From the NCBI GenBank assembly GCA_039028615.1, contig JBCCHT010000023.1, positions 96,001 through 160,000 of the forward strand: a stretch of 64,000 bases of DNA, in the 5' to 3' direction. The translations under genes were made by a program, and so were the position numbers. This document shows, one piece after another, positions 47,829-56,581 of the stretch (position 1 is its first letter; each line of letters starts with the position of its first letter). Under the pieces are notes generated by a model, which was given only the letters and a program-made list of their open reading frames with translations, was not told the DNA's origin and ran no database searches. The DNA comes from Myxococcota bacterium (lineage in GTDB: Bacteria > Myxococcota_A > Polyangia > Nannocystales > Nannocystaceae).

Positions 47829-49337
47829 ATGGTCCCTCGTTCGGTGCCGTTCGCATGTGGCCTGCTCGGCCTCGCGTCGTGCGGACCGAGCGTGAACCCC
47901 CCCAGTGGCGCAAGCTCGGGTTCGGACACGGGCGCATCCCAGAGCGCCGAGTCGACCGGGCTCGAGGATCCCTTTGGCCTCGAGCCCTTCGGCGGCGGCA
48001 GTCGGCTGCTCGCGCGCGTGCTCGAGGTCCCGGGTGGCGCTCGCCGAGTGCAGGCGTTCCACGACCAACAGCTCGGCATCGACTGCCGCATCTTCGACAC
48101 GCCGCAGGGCCTCCACTGTCTGCCCACTACCGAAGACCTGGGCATTGCGAGCGCCGACGGGCCGCTGCTGTTCGCGGACAGCGAGTGCACCATCCCCGCG
48201 CTGAAGGTACCCGCGGGCTACCCCGTTCCGAGCATCACCTCGCTGCGCCCAGGCGATCTGTTGACCACGCCCTTCCCGGGGCGCTGTCCCGGGCTGCCTC
48301 ACCGGGCAACGGTGCATCGGCTCGTCCGCGAGGTCTCGACCGCCTATCGCGGCGAAGACTGCGAGTCCGCCTCGTCTCCCGACGATCGGGTGTACTCCCT
48401 CGAGGAAGTCGACCTGAGCATGTTCGTGGCGGGGCAGCTGGTCGACGCCGACGGCATTCGCCGACTCGTCACCGACGATGGAGCCTGGCACAACGCGTAC
48501 CCGCTCGACGATGCCGGGCAGCCCTGCAACGTGGGGTGGGTCGACGGGGAGACCATGTGCAGCCCGCTACGGATGCCGCTCGCCGGCCTCACCGACATGA
48601 CGTGCCACGAGGGCAGCGCGGGTACCTGTGACGGGCAGCGAGTCGCCAGCTCTGTAGACATCCCCGACTACTGCGACCACGACCCCCCGTTCGCGTTTTC
48701 GTACACGGACGACCCCTGGGCCCATCTGTATTACCCCGTGGTCGGCGTGACGGAGTCCGCCGAGTGCTCGGTCGGCGGCGAATGTGGGCCCGCCGAAGAC
48801 CGCGCCACGTTCAGCGGCCCACCGCTGTTGGTGGGTGAACCGGTGCTCGACCCGGGCTTCCCCGCGGTGGAGGTCTTCGAGCTCGGTGAAGGCCCGGTGG
48901 TGGCCGATTGGATTCGGCGCTTCCCGGGCGATCCACCCAGCGGCTTCGGCATGCCCAGCGAGCTGGACGGGTTCTTCGACACGCGGCTCGGCTCGGACTG
49001 CTACCCCGAGGCGGTCGACGACGAGTGGTGGTGCCTGCACCCTCTGACCGTGTGGGTCGACGAGTGGGTCAACTTCTCGGACTCCAATTGTCAGCACCCC
49101 GTGCACGCCGTGAACCGCAACGTCAGCACCTTGATGCTCACGGGTGAGGCTGCGGTCGAAGGGGCCGGCCTCCACGGCCACTCCTATTGGACGGTCGACA
49201 TCCTCGAGAACGAGACCGTCTACGAGATGTTCTACGGCGAGTGTCGCGTCGACCCGGTCACCCACGGCTCCAGCTTTGCTCGCCCGGTGGCCGAGCTCGC
49301 GATCGAGCCGATCCGCATCACCGAGCATCTCGAGTGA
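47829..49337 (+). CDS. Cys-rich repeat lipoprotein
   Basis: Lipobox LASC and repeated F.D..LG..C........CLP and F.DS.C units. Confidence 0.7.
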   Translation: MVPRSVPFACGLLGLASCGPSVNPPSGASSGSDTGASQSAESTGLEDPFGLEPFGGGSRLLARVLEVPGGARRVQAFHDQQLGIDCRIFDTPQGLHCLPTTEDLGIASADGPLLFADSECTIPALKVPAGYPVPSITSLRPGDLLTTPFPGRCPGLPHRATVHRLVREVSTAYRGEDCESASSPDDRVYSLEEVDLSMFVAGQLVDADGIRRLVTDDGAWHNAYPLDDAGQPCNVGWVDGETMCSPLRMPLAGLTDMTCHEGSAGTCDGQRVASSVDIPDYCDHDPPFAFSYTDDPWAHLYYPVVGVTESAECSVGGECGPAEDRATFSGPPLLVGEPVLDPGFPAVEVFELGEGPVVADWIRRFPGDPPSGFGMPSELDGFFDTRLGSDCYPEAVDDEWWCLHPLTVWVDEWVNFSDSNCQHPVHAVNRNVSTLMLTGEAAVEGAGLHGHSYWTVDILENETVYEMFYGECRVDPVTHGSSFARPVAELAIEPIRITEHLE

Positions 49338-49369
49338 TCGAGGTGTGAGTTTTGCGGAATACTCGGTGC

Positions 49370-49397
49370 TTGAATCGGCGGCGAATCCCCGTAGGGT
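49370..49397 (+). promoter_or_regulatory. Housekeeping sigma-70-type promoter for the leader-aspS transcript
   Basis: TTGAAT-N16-TAGGGT, 30 bp before the leader ATG. Confidence 0.5.
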
Positions 49398-49427
49398 CAA
49401 ATTAGGCGACCCCTGAAAGGACCACGC

Positions 49428-49472
49428 ATGGACCACGACGACGACGGTGATGATCGGAGGGGGCGCGCCTAG
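49428..49472 (+). CDS. Asp-rich leader peptide MDHDDDGDDRRGRA
   Basis: RBS GAAAGGA, ATG at 49428, six Asp codons among codons 2-9, TAG at 49470-49472, directly upstream of aspS. Confidence 0.8.
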   Translation: MDHDDDGDDRRGRA

Positions 49473-49547
49473 ATTTCATTTCACGAATCGGCCCCGGGCG
49501 CGTGCCCTCGCGTGCAACGACCGCGGGCCGATCGAAGGAACGAAATC

Positions 49548-50855
49548 ATGGAGAACAACCGAATTCGCACCGTACAGGTGCGTCAGCATATTGGTGAGCG
49601 CGTCACGATCTGCGGCTGGGTGCACGCGATACGACGCCTGGGCAAAGTCGCATTCGTCATCGTCCGCGACGGCTTCGGCACGATTCAGGTCGTGGCGAGT
49701 CGAGCGGCGCTGGCCCCCTTGGAACGTACGCGGGCCGGCCCCGAGTCGGTCGTACGCATTGAGGCCGAGGCGGTCGCCAATGCGGGCTCCCCCGGCGGCA
49801 TCGAGCTGGTGGCGCCGCAGATCGAGGTCTTGGTGCCCGTCACCGAGCCCTTGCCCGTCGAGCTGAACAAGCAGCTGCGCACCGCCAAGCTGCCCACGCT
49901 GCTCGACCATGCGCCGACCGTCCTACGGGCACCGACTCGGCGAGCGGTGCTCGAGCTTTCGGCCGGAGTGATGGCCGGCTTTCGGCACACGCTCACCGAG
50001 CGGGGCTTCACCGAGATCCAGACGCCGAAGCTGGTGGGCGCCGCGACCGAGAGCGGCGCCAACGTGTTCGCACTCGAGTACTTCGGAGGGCATGCCTACC
50101 TGGCCCAGAGCCCGCAGCTGTACAAGCAGATGATGGTGGGGGTGTTCGAGCGGGTCTTCGAAGTCGGCCCCGTGTTTCGAGCCGAGCCGCACGCCACGGT
50201 TCGTCATCTATCGCAGTACGTCAGCCTCGACGTCGAGCTCGGCTTCATCGAGGACCACGGCTGCGTGATCGAGCAGCTCGAGGCGGTCCTCGCGGGCATC
50301 CTCGAGACTCTGCGAGCACGGTGCAGCCCGGCCCTCGAAGCGCTGGAGGTCGAGCTTCCCGCCGTCGAATCGCCGCTGCCGAGGATCGAGTTCGGCGAAG
50401 CGCGGGCCATGCTGGCCGCCGAGGGCATCGGGCCGCGTGAAGCCGAGGACCTCGCTCCGGCCGAGGAGCGCTGGCTGGGGCAGTGGGCGCAACGCGAGCA
50501 CGGCAGCGCGTGGTTGGTCGTCACCGGCTATCCCATGGCCAAGCGTCCCTTCTACACGCACCCCGCCCCGGGTCGCCCGGAGGTCTCGAACTCGTTCGAC
50601 CTGTTGTTCCGGGGCACCGAGCTGGTCACGGGAGGTCAGCGACTGCATCGCCACGAGGCACTGCTCGCGGCGATGAGCGCGGCGGGGGTCGACCCCCTAC
50701 TGCTGGCCGGCTACCTGGAGTCGTTTCGCTTCGGTATGCCTCCGCACGGTGGTTTCGCCATCGGGCTCGAGCGCTTCGTGACGCAGCTGCTCGGTCTCGA
50801 CAACATTCGGCTCGCGACGTTGCTGCCGCGCGACCCCGGACGGCTCACCCCATGA
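49548..50855 (+). CDS. aspS: Non-discriminating (archaeal-type) aspartyl-tRNA synthetase
   Basis: OB fold GWVHAIRRLG, FTEIQTPKL, ATESGA, YLAQSPQLYKQ, GPVFRAE, and GMPPHGGFAIGLER. No GAD insertion; about 435 aa. Confidence 0.92.
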   Translation: MENNRIRTVQVRQHIGERVTICGWVHAIRRLGKVAFVIVRDGFGTIQVVASRAALAPLERTRAGPESVVRIEAEAVANAGSPGGIELVAPQIEVLVPVTEPLPVELNKQLRTAKLPTLLDHAPTVLRAPTRRAVLELSAGVMAGFRHTLTERGFTEIQTPKLVGAATESGANVFALEYFGGHAYLAQSPQLYKQMMVGVFERVFEVGPVFRAEPHATVRHLSQYVSLDVELGFIEDHGCVIEQLEAVLAGILETLRARCSPALEALEVELPAVESPLPRIEFGEARAMLAAEGIGPREAEDLAPAEERWLGQWAQREHGSAWLVVTGYPMAKRPFYTHPAPGRPEVSNSFDLLFRGTELVTGGQRLHRHEALLAAMSAAGVDPLLLAGYLESFRFGMPPHGGFAIGLERFVTQLLGLDNIRLATLLPRDPGRLTP

Positions 50856-50984
50856 ACCGAGCGGGCGCGGGTGCTCGGGGCCTCAGCCCTGGGGGCCCGC
50901 GCCCTCCCGCGCTCGACCTTCGATCGAAACCAACTGCAGTCGACGGTAGTGCCTCTTCCGTCGGCCAGATACGATGGAAAAATC

Positions 50985-52133
50985 GTGAAGTCCGGTGCGT
51001 TGATCAAGGGCGTCCTGTTGCTCGGCTCGTTGCTGCTCGGGGGTTGTCCCGGCTCGTCCGGCAGCGGGGACTCGGCGGCCGCCGACGACGGGACCAACGA
51101 GACCGGAGAGCAGGAGCCCTCGGTCGGCCCCGACGGCACCGTGTGCGCGCCCGGGTACACCTGCTGGGCCGATCCGAGCGACGACGTCGTCTGGGTCATG
51201 AAGGACGACGGCAACGTCAACGGCCCCTCGTGCAAGTCCGTGTGCGAGAACGCCTTGAGCGACAACTGCGAGTTCAACGGCTGCGATGCCGGTCGAGCCG
51301 TCGCGTATACCGATATCCCCAGCTTCGCCCCGGTGGCGGAAGGGCTCGGCTTCAGCTGTCGCGAGGGCGGATGCTGGTGGCCCGACGCTCCCGGCGAGGG
51401 CCTGTATCTCGTGTCGATCGATACCGACGAGGACGGCAGCAAGTCCTGCTACTTCCCCACCCAAGAGCAGCTCGAGTGCAACACACACCCCGGCAACGCC
51501 AACTGCTTCGGTGAGCGCTACGCGGCCGTGTGCCCCTGCGTTCCCAAGGAGCTCGACCAAGCCTGCGAGTGGGAGTGCCCGCCTCAACACACCACGCGCG
51601 CGACCTGGAAGACGGACGGCACCAGCTGCGTCGAGCGGATCAACTACTGGCGTCGGGTCGCATGCGAAGAAGGCTGGGTCGAGTGTCCGCCCGCTGGCCT
51701 TCCGCCCATGGTCGAGTGCACCGCGTGCCACGAGTGCGCCAACTCTGAGGCCCAGTACGACTCGGAGAACGGCGCCCACGCCTCGTTCGGTCGCTGCGGC
51801 GAGAACGTCCAGGGCGAGGGCGGAGGCGCGACCTGTGCCGACGTCATCGACTCGTTCGTCAGCGAGCGCGCTCCCGACGAAGACGGCGTGATGCGCTGCC
51901 AAGGCCACTGCGGCCCCATCCTCGCCCCGGGCTGCCAGACCTTCTTTTGGGGCAAGGCCATGGACTCCGGCTTCCACACGCTGAACTGGCGCTCGTGCAA
52001 CGTCGAGGCCTGCACGTCGTACTGCGACGAGAACCCGGGCGATTGTTTCACGCACGAGACCTCCCCGGACCTGACCTGCGACGACCCCGACGAAGGGGCC
52101 GAGCCCGGCCCGGACATCCTGGCCTGCGGCTGA
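50985..52133 (+). CDS. Cys-rich lipoprotein with CAP/SCP-like C-terminal domain
   Basis: Lipobox LGGC, CVERINYWR, GLPP, AHASF..CGEN and GHCGPIL. Start approximate. Confidence 0.7.
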   Translation: MKSGALIKGVLLLGSLLLGGCPGSSGSGDSAAADDGTNETGEQEPSVGPDGTVCAPGYTCWADPSDDVVWVMKDDGNVNGPSCKSVCENALSDNCEFNGCDAGRAVAYTDIPSFAPVAEGLGFSCREGGCWWPDAPGEGLYLVSIDTDEDGSKSCYFPTQEQLECNTHPGNANCFGERYAAVCPCVPKELDQACEWECPPQHTTRATWKTDGTSCVERINYWRRVACEEGWVECPPAGLPPMVECTACHECANSEAQYDSENGAHASFGRCGENVQGEGGGATCADVIDSFVSERAPDEDGVMRCQGHCGPILAPGCQTFFWGKAMDSGFHTLNWRSCNVEACTSYCDENPGDCFTHETSPDLTCDDPDEGAEPGPDILACG

Positions 52134-52137
52134 TCGC

Positions 52138-52169
52138 CTCGAGCGAGACCTCCCTCGGTCTCGCTCGAG
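52138..52169. terminator. Perfect 13-bp stem-loop after the CAP lipoprotein gene
   Basis: ctcgagcgagacc-tccctc-ggtctcgctcgag; no U-tract. Confidence 0.55.
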
Positions 52170-52239
52170 TCATGGGCCTGATGCAGGGGCCATCGAAGGC
52201 CAGGGACGAGAGTGTGCGGGCCCGCTGCCGATCCCCCCT

Positions 52240-52937
52240 CATGCATCGCTGACCGGGAACGCGGGGTACCACTGCGCGCGGGTGGGGACGAAGGCCGAGT
52301 GTGCCGGGCTCAGCCCCTTGGGCCACAACCCGACCGAGCTGTGGACGCGAGCCGACATCCACGCGATCGATGCGGGACCGCGCCTGACCAGCGACCCCAT
52401 CATCGCCGGGTTGCGCGGGCGGGGCGGCGATACGGCGATCGTTCGGCTCGACGAAGATCCGCCGGCCTCGCCCTGGCTCGAGTGGCCCGGCATCGTGTCG
52501 TTCTCCGTCGGCGTCACCCAGGCCTGCGCGATCGTGAAGGGAGGCGAGGTGGTCTGCCGCAATCGCGACCTGGGCATGCTGAAGATCGAGGCGGGGCAAG
52601 CGGGCATCCCCGGCGACGGGTTTCGCGTGGGACGCGTGCCCGGGGTCTCGAAGGCGGTGGAGATCGAAGCCGCCGCCAAGGCGACCTGCGTGCTGACCCA
52701 CGAGCATCGGATCACCTGCTGGGGAGACAACGACCACGGGCAGCTCGGCCTGGCCGACCCGGCCGCGCGGTCTCGGCCAGTTCGCGTCGAGGGCCTGCCG
52801 CCGCTCACCAACCTGCTGGGCAACGACGGGCACGCGTGCGGCCTCGCCGACGATGGCCGGCTGATGTGCTGGGGCTCCGATCGCCACGGGCAGCTCGGCG
52901 GCGAGACCCAGATCGTGACCGGATGCCGAAGGGCTAG
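52240..52937 (+). pseudogene. RCC1/BLIP-II repeat gene fragment
   Basis: TCVLTHEHRITCWGDNDHGQLG and HACGLADDGRLMCWGSDRHGQLG. No clear start or signal peptide, and the frame runs on into the 3' end of the convergent kinase. Confidence 0.6.
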
Positions 52938-52938
52938 A

Positions 52939-55902
52939 TCACTCGCCGAGCGGATTCTCGTCGAGCCACTCCTGGAGCTGATCGCGGAGCACCTGCGGGC
53001 TGTCCTCGGCCTCTCGCCACAGCCGCCAGGCCTCTTCGTTGAGCACCTTGGCCCGGCCACGATCCCGAGCCGGGCCTTCGATCTTCCACAGCGCCTGCGC
53101 GAGGTTCTGGGCTCCTTCCACCCGCATCTCCAGCGTCGATCCGTCGTTCTGTCGGCGAGCGTAGACCTCCTCCAGCATGGGCAGGGCTTCGGCAAACTCG
53201 CCCTTGTCCAGCAACAAGACGGCCAGGTTCGAACGCACCGCCGTCGTGTACCGATGATCGGGGCCCATGGACTCCACGAGCCGCGGAAGGATGTCTCGTG
53301 ACTCGGCCTCGACTTCATCGAGGCGTTCGAGCTGGTACAGCACGCTGGTCAGGTTGATCCGGGCGCCCAGCACATGATGGTGATTAGGGCCCAGCCGCTC
53401 TTCGAGCCGCTTCGCTGCGATTCGTTGCTGGACCAGCGCTTCTTCGTGTCGACCCATCCTCACGAGCAAGCTACCCAGGTTGGCGCGCGCCAGATCGCCG
53501 TAGAACACCTCCGCATCCTGGGCCTCGTCTCCCGTCTCGATGAGGGCGCGAAACTCAGCCTCCGCCTCTTCGTACTTCCCCCGGCTTCGCAGCACGATGG
53601 CGAGATGCTGCCGGGTCGCCGCCGCTTGGGAGTGCTCGCGGCCCAAGGCCTGAACCTGCATCTCGAGCGCCGCCCGAAGCTCGGTCTCCGCCTCCTCGTA
53701 CTCCTCGAGCTTGATCAGCGTGACGCCGAGTCGATCGCGGAGCGTGGCCACCGAGGGGTGGCGCGGGCCCAAGGATGCCTCCATCTGAGAGATCGCCGCC
53801 CGGTGCTCGGCCTGTGCCTCCGCGTCTTTGCCCTTCGCCTCGAGCACGCTGGCCACGTTGCTCCGAACGAAGGCCACCTTGTGATGCTCGGCCCCGTACG
53901 CCTGCGCATACAGGTCTGCCGCCAGTCGATATCCGGCCTCCGCTTCGTCGTATTTGCCCTGCGCACGCAGAGTGGCCGCGATGATGTCTTGCACCCGCGC
54001 CTCGTCTTGAGCTCGACCGCGAGCGAGACCCAACGCGACGCGACGGTACTGGAGCGCCTCTTCGAAGCGTCGTTGTTCGGGGCCCAGCACGCCCATCACG
54101 TGGGCGGTGGCATCACGCATGGCATCCCACAGACGCAGGGCCGACGCCTCTTCGAGCGCATCCAGCGAAACCTCGACCGACTCGTCGTACTCACCGACCG
54201 CCGACAGCAGGTGAGCCTGTTGAAGCTTCACCTCGACCTGAACCGGTCGATAGTCCACCGCGGCGAGTCGGACCTTGGCGTGCTCGAGCTCGGTGGCCGC
54301 GGCATCGAAGCGAGCGGCCCGGCGAAGGTTGCGTACCCGCGACAACGACTCGCGAATCGCGGCGACCGTCTCTTCGTCCTCGGGCCGGGGTGGCTCCACC
54401 GCCGCCGACAACGCCTGAGGGTCCGAACACCGAGCCAGCGGACGCAGGCCTCCGACGAAATCGTGAGCGTTGCTCGCCACGTCGACGTCCGCGTCGGCCA
54501 GCATGTCGACGGTGGTTCGCAGATCGACCGCGGCCCGGCTCAAGCAGCTCATGCGGAGGTCCAACATCTGGGCCGACTGCTCCCCGCGGACCGTGGTCGC
54601 CCGGCAGGCCTCGGTGTGCGTCGCCACCCAGTCGTCGGCGTACGCATCGAGTTCTGCCGAGGTCTTGTCCCAGACCTCGGACGCGAACGGTGTCGTCAGG
54701 CCTTGGAACACGGCCGCGACCTCCTCCCGTCGCGCGTCGTCCCAGACCCCGACCAGCTGTTGCTCCGCGCCCGAGCACCGCTCGGACTGCGCGGTCGCCA
54801 GGACTTGCGCCATCAACCCGCCACCACCCAGCACCCCGACTCCCAGCACGCCCAGCACCCATCGCTGACGCCGACGGCCGGGGTCCCAGGTGAGGGCTTC
54901 GAGCAACGGTTCCATCGATGGCCAGCGGTCATCGGGCGCCACCGCCAGGCCGCGTCGGAGGGCCTCCACCATGCGCCGAGGCACGGCCGGAGCCCGCGAA
55001 GGCCAACTCGGCGCCCCCGCGCGCTTGGCCTCGACGAGCTCTTCGATGGTCTCGCCCCCGAAGGGCATCTCGCCCGTCAGCCCCTGCCAAAGCGCCACGC
55101 AGAAGCTGTACTGGTCGGTTCGAGCATCGGGCACCGCCCCTTCGTGCTGCTCGGGAGACATGAACCGAGGCGTGCCGAGCACGATGCCCGGCACGGTCAG
55201 AAACGACGCGCTGTTGACCCGACCCGAGCTCGTGAGCCTCGTACCTTCGGACTCCGCCAGCGGAGCGGACTCGGGTTCGTCCAGCGATCGGGCCAGCCCG
55301 AAGTCGAGGACCTTCACCACTCCGTCTTCGCCACGCATCGCGTTGTGGGGCTTGAAATCGCGATGGACCAAGCCGGCATCGTGCGCGGCCAGCAGCCCCC
55401 GACCCGCTTGCAGATAGACCCGCACGATCTCCGGCCACGGATGCTCGCGCCGACGCCAAGCGTCGAGGCTCTCGCCCCGAACGAACTCCATCGCCAGGAA
55501 CATCTGGCCGTCGTCGCTCTCCCCCACCTCGTGCACGGTGACCACGTTGGGGTGAGAGAGCCTCGCTTGGGTCTGTGCCTCCCGTTGGAAGCGCAGGCGG
55601 CTCTCCTCGTTGGGCAGCTCGTCTTCGCGGAGGACCTTGACCGCCACCTTGCGGTCGAGCTCCTCGTCATAGGCAGCGTAGACCATGCCCATGCCGCCCT
55701 GCCCCAGCTCGTCGAGCACGGTGAACCGACCGAAACGCACCGCCATGGCCTTCGGGGCGAAGATCCGCGACCGCACCCGCACCTCGATCGCCCGCTGAGC
55801 CCCGCGATCGGTGTCGGCCCCGTCCTGGTGCCTGCACGTGACCGCGTCCTCGTCGTTGGCGTCGGCTACGCCTTCGGGGCGGCTCGGACTGTCGGAGGCC
55901 AT
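52939..55902 (-). CDS. Membrane Ser/Thr protein kinase with TPR repeats
   Basis: LGQGGMG, HRDFKPHN, DFG, GTPRFMSPE, TM and TPRs. Confidence 0.93.
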   Translation of the reverse strand: MASDSPSRPEGVADANDEDAVTCRHQDGADTDRGAQRAIEVRVRSRIFAPKAMAVRFGRFTVLDELGQGGMGMVYAAYDEELDRKVAVKVLREDELPNEESRLRFQREAQTQARLSHPNVVTVHEVGESDDGQMFLAMEFVRGESLDAWRRREHPWPEIVRVYLQAGRGLLAAHDAGLVHRDFKPHNAMRGEDGVVKVLDFGLARSLDEPESAPLAESEGTRLTSSGRVNSASFLTVPGIVLGTPRFMSPEQHEGAVPDARTDQYSFCVALWQGLTGEMPFGGETIEELVEAKRAGAPSWPSRAPAVPRRMVEALRRGLAVAPDDRWPSMEPLLEALTWDPGRRRQRWVLGVLGVGVLGGGGLMAQVLATAQSERCSGAEQQLVGVWDDARREEVAAVFQGLTTPFASEVWDKTSAELDAYADDWVATHTEACRATTVRGEQSAQMLDLRMSCLSRAAVDLRTTVDMLADADVDVASNAHDFVGGLRPLARCSDPQALSAAVEPPRPEDEETVAAIRESLSRVRNLRRAARFDAAATELEHAKVRLAAVDYRPVQVEVKLQQAHLLSAVGEYDESVEVSLDALEEASALRLWDAMRDATAHVMGVLGPEQRRFEEALQYRRVALGLARGRAQDEARVQDIIAATLRAQGKYDEAEAGYRLAADLYAQAYGAEHHKVAFVRSNVASVLEAKGKDAEAQAEHRAAISQMEASLGPRHPSVATLRDRLGVTLIKLEEYEEAETELRAALEMQVQALGREHSQAAATRQHLAIVLRSRGKYEEAEAEFRALIETGDEAQDAEVFYGDLARANLGSLLVRMGRHEEALVQQRIAAKRLEERLGPNHHHVLGARINLTSVLYQLERLDEVEAESRDILPRLVESMGPDHRYTTAVRSNLAVLLLDKGEFAEALPMLEEVYARRQNDGSTLEMRVEGAQNLAQALWKIEGPARDRGRAKVLNEEAWRLWREAEDSPQVLRDQLQEWLDENPLGE

Positions 55903-56059
55903 GCATGTTCATGGTCCCCCGCGCCGCTCGTCACTGACAAGCGCTCATCCGCCTTCGAGCCATTTCTGCACGGTCGGCGAACACCGAAACCTCGGACCGA
56001 ATACTCAGTGCCCCTCGGTAGGTTTTGCAGGGCGGACATCCTGAGGCAGATTGCGCATC

Positions 56060-56581
56060 ATGGAATTGTTCGGCACGCGGCGCTTCTTGGTTCGCCTGTG
56101 GCGTGACGACGACGACGATGTCGACGCCTGCTTCGCGATCTATCGCGACGAGGACGTCTCGCGCTGGCTCGAGCGCCCGCCCTTTCACTCGCGCAGCCAG
56201 GCCCGCGAAGCCAACCTCCGCCAGCTCGATCACCAGGCGCGGCACCCCGGGCTCGGCTGGTGGCCGATCGTGAACCGAGCCGATGCGGAGATCGTGGGTC
56301 AGGCCGCGTTGATGCCCATCCCCGATGCACCCGACGATCTCGAGCTCGGCTACCACGTCGCGCGCCCCTGGTGGGGACGCGGCGTAGCGACCGAAGTGGC
56401 GCGCGGCGTGCTCGACTACGCGGCGCAGCACTTTCCCGCCCGACGGGTCATCGCCGTGACCCGCCCACACAACGCCGCATCACGCCGCGTGATGGAGAAG
56501 ATCGGCCTGCGCTTCGCGGGCGAGACCGTGTTCAAGGGGCTGCACTCGGTCGAGTACGTGGCCGGCCCGCCTACGGAGTGA
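56060..56581 (+). CDS. GNAT (RimJ/RimL-type) N-acetyltransferase
   Basis: ELGYHV..PWWGRGVATE and NAASRRVMEKIG. Confidence 0.9.
   Translation: MELFGTRRFLVRLWRDDDDDVDACFAIYRDEDVSRWLERPPFHSRSQAREANLRQLDHQARHPGLGWWPIVNRADAEIVGQAALMPIPDAPDDLELGYHVARPWWGRGVATEVARGVLDYAAQHFPARRVIAVTRPHNAASRRVMEKIGLRFAGETVFKGLHSVEYVAGPPTE

Noticed and set aside
49338..49547. T-box riboswitch before aspS
   Set aside because: No T-box (GGTGGNACCGCG) or U-tailed terminator; the leader peptide explains the region better.
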